A DNA stretch of 29,091 nt, taken from positions 1 through 29,091 of the IMG/VR virus record IMGVR_UViG_3300032516_000008. The stretch is one strand, 5' to 3'. The stretch comes from a virus. Its lineage: Duplodnaviria; Heunggongvirae; Uroviricota; Caudoviricetes. Numbering within the stretch: the stretch's first letter is position 1; the number at the start of each line of letters is the position of its first letter. Positions 26,833 to 29,091 of the stretch are shown here, piece after piece. Position numbers and translations under genes: made by a program. The notes beneath the pieces are model-generated. The model was given only the letters and a program-made list of their open reading frames with translations. It ran no database searches and had not been told where the DNA came from.

Positions 26833-29091
26833 ATGGCAAGACCGTCGCAACCTACCGGATTGACAACTGAGGCTTCAAGTAATTCCATTATAGTTCGATG
26901 GATTGCTAATCCTGAACCTGATGTCAAAGGTTACAATATCTATAATTCTACTACTTCAGGTGGTGGTGTTAGTAGTTATGTGAAATTGAATGACGAACTA
27001 ATGACAACTTATAGTGAAATAAAAGATGTTGTTACTAACACTGTTACAACTGTACAGAATATTGGTGGCAACAGAATAACTACTACTACAGAAACAGTCA
27101 CGCAAGTACTAATGTTTGCTTATACTCATATTGAGTTGTTAGATACTAAAACTCAGTATTACGTGATAACTGCTGTTAACAATTCAGAAGAAGAAAGTCT
27201 GTATTCAATTGAAATTTATGATACGCCGTTGATTTTGTCAACAAAGTTGGTCGAGTTTCCAGTGCGAACTGCTAGTGACGTAACGATATCAATGATCACA
27301 AAGGTATTAGATCGTTATCCTAAAATTGACGTTAAGCCCGGGACAATGACTCGAGACATTCACATTGATCCTCATGCGTCAGAATTTGGATTTCTCTATA
27401 CATATGTTGACTTTCTATCGAGATCGTCATCGTTCATTACATTATTAGAAATTGACGACCCGAATAATACAGGGACATCAATCGCAGTTTCGCAATCAAC
27501 ATATAAGCAGCAATTAAAAGCTGCATGGCAGTTCACTAGTGACAGTGAGACTCAAGCTGTAATAGATTTTGCGTTCGATAAATTGGCAAACAACTTCATG
27601 GTATTTAGAAACGCAGCTTTAGCTTCTGTAGGAACTGTTGTATTCTATACACAAGTAAAGCCATTAGCAACTATAACAATTCCTCAGGGAACGATTGTTT
27701 CAACGACATCAACATCAGCTAAACCTGCAATTAACTTTCAGACATTAACACAGGCACAAATGTTGATCGGGTCAATAAATCAGTATTTCAATGAAGCAAC
27801 TCAAAGATACGAAATCAATGTTTCAGTTCAGGCAGTTACTACAGGTGAAATCACTAATGTTGGTTCTAACACTATTAACAATTCAACGTTTACACAATTA
27901 CAGGTGACAAATGTTAGGCCGACAGAGGGCGGAACAGATATTGAGTCAAATAGAAGTTTAGCTAGTAGAGCGATGTTAGCATTTACAGGATTAGATGTAG
28001 GTACTAGGGACGGATATTTGAGAACAGCGATTGAAACACAATATGTTGATGATGTATTAGTTGTTGATGCTGGGCACGTATTAATGCAGCGCGACTATGA
28101 CTCTGTAAGAAAGCAACATGCGTTTGGTAAGGTTGACATATATTTCAAGGGTAGTGTGACTGTTAGTGAAACAGAGTCATTTGGATTTCTGTACAAGGGC
28201 AATTACAGAGAAGATGTTGACATTGTTACTACTACAGCAGATAGTGCATCAAGTGCTACAAATATGAGAGTCGACATAACAAATGCTGATGTATCAGCTG
28301 CATATCCTGCGTATTTAGTACAAGAGATAATTAACGTGACAAAGTCAGATTCTTTTGACTTGACTGGTAATTTCACGCTTTACAAGAATGCGATAAAGAT
28401 ACCGAAGACTGATTATACGTTAGATTTATCTACTGGAGAGATTGTATTTGATATGCAGATATTTTTAGGTGATAGTGTAACTGCAGATTATGAGTATAAA
28501 GTACCAGTAGTTAATGAGATCGTCGTAGCGTCTGCTGTTGGTGGTGAAATTGATGCTTATTTGGATTCGAATTTACTCGGTAAAAATGTTGCAATTTTGA
28601 CTGATACGATTTATCTGTATCGTGTTAGTGGTTGTTCAATTGACCCGTCAACTAATGTTGTAACAGTTCCAGTTGGTCATGTTTATCATACAGGTGATAC
28701 TGCTAGAATTGCAGTTGCTGTCGGTGGCACATTGCCTAGTCCGTTAGTTACAGGTGTAGATTATTACGCTATTAGGTTGACGAATACAACTCTTAAGTTG
28801 GCAACTACACTGAGCAATGCGCAAAATGGCATTGCAATTGATATAGTTACTCCTGCGAGTGGTTCGTTAACAATTCAACCTTCGACAAAGACACCATTAG
28901 TAAGAGATGTTGATTATCGAGTATATTATAAAACAGTTGGAGTTAATCAGCGAGGTAAAATATCATTCTCATTCTTGTCATTTCCACCAGGATTAGTTTC
29001 TGGCGATATTATATCAGCTGATTATTCGTATGTAGAACCTGTTGTCGGTGAAGTTGTCATAGCTAGTGCTGTCGGTAATGAAACAACAGCG
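26833..29091 (+). CDS. Baseplate J-like wedge protein with N-terminal FN3 domain (partial, runs off window)
   Basis: Not in the ORF track. ATG at 26833 after GGAAGGA, open for 753 codons. MARPSQPTGL...VRWIANPEPDVKGYNIY...YYVITAVN..EES (FN3), then DVKPGTMTRDIHIDP, FDKLANNF..FR, VQAVTTG, TNVRPTEGGTDIESN.SL..R (J-like). Confidence 0.85.
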   Translation, partial: MARPSQPTGLTTEASSNSIIVRWIANPEPDVKGYNIYNSTTSGGGVSSYVKLNDELMTTYSEIKDVVTNTVTTVQNIGGNRITTTTETVTQVLMFAYTHIELLDTKTQYYVITAVNNSEEESLYSIEIYDTPLILSTKLVEFPVRTASDVTISMITKVLDRYPKIDVKPGTMTRDIHIDPHASEFGFLYTYVDFLSRSSSFITLLEIDDPNNTGTSIAVSQSTYKQQLKAAWQFTSDSETQAVIDFAFDKLANNFMVFRNAALASVGTVVFYTQVKPLATITIPQGTIVSTTSTSAKPAINFQTLTQAQMLIGSINQYFNEATQRYEINVSVQAVTTGEITNVGSNTINNSTFTQLQVTNVRPTEGGTDIESNRSLASRAMLAFTGLDVGTRDGYLRTAIETQYVDDVLVVDAGHVLMQRDYDSVRKQHAFGKVDIYFKGSVTVSETESFGFLYKGNYREDVDIVTTTADSASSATNMRVDITNADVSAAYPAYLVQEIINVTKSDSFDLTGNFTLYKNAIKIPKTDYTLDLSTGEIVFDMQIFLGDSVTADYEYKVPVVNEIVVASAVGGEIDAYLDSNLLGKNVAILTDTIYLYRVSGCSIDPSTNVVTVPVGHVYHTGDTARIAVAVGGTLPSPLVTGVDYYAIRLTNTTLKLATTLSNAQNGIAIDIVTPASGSLTIQPSTKTPLVRDVDYRVYYKTVGVNQRGKISFSFLSFPPGLVSGDIISADYSYVEPVVGEVVIASAVGNETTA

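Noticed and set aside
1-29091. CRISPR array, tRNA, rRNA or nucleotide-level tandem repeats
   Set aside because: None seen. The window is almost fully coding, and the repeats are visible only at the protein level.

Overview
AT-rich window with all supported genes on the + strand, tightly packed and often overlapping. It reads as the tail and baseplate morphogenesis module of a large contractile-tailed (myovirus-like, probably jumbo) phage. Gene order: tail tube, intrinsic terminator, tnpB with one in-frame amber stop, three paralogous tail-chaperone-like genes, tape measure, two paralogous tube-like initiator genes, baseplate hub, central spike, free-standing PD-(D/E)XK homing-type endonuclease, Gly/Ala-rich three-repeat protein, 1197-aa structural protein, small coiled-coil protein, 1881-aa protein with ten Ig-like (ASH/PapD-like) domains, coiled-coil protein, gp25-like wedge protein, and an FN3-fused baseplate J-like protein that runs off the window end and is missing from the ORF track. 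The most notable observations are: a TnpB with Fanzor-like rearranged RuvC residues and a 3' hairpin cluster; a hairpin that hides the endonuclease ribosome-binding site; an 8-to-9-residue switch in the spike beta-helix repeat; a possible pseudo-trimeric spike cap; and kb-scale alternation of G/C skew within co-oriented genes. All protein assignments come from motif recognition by eye and gene context, not from database searches.
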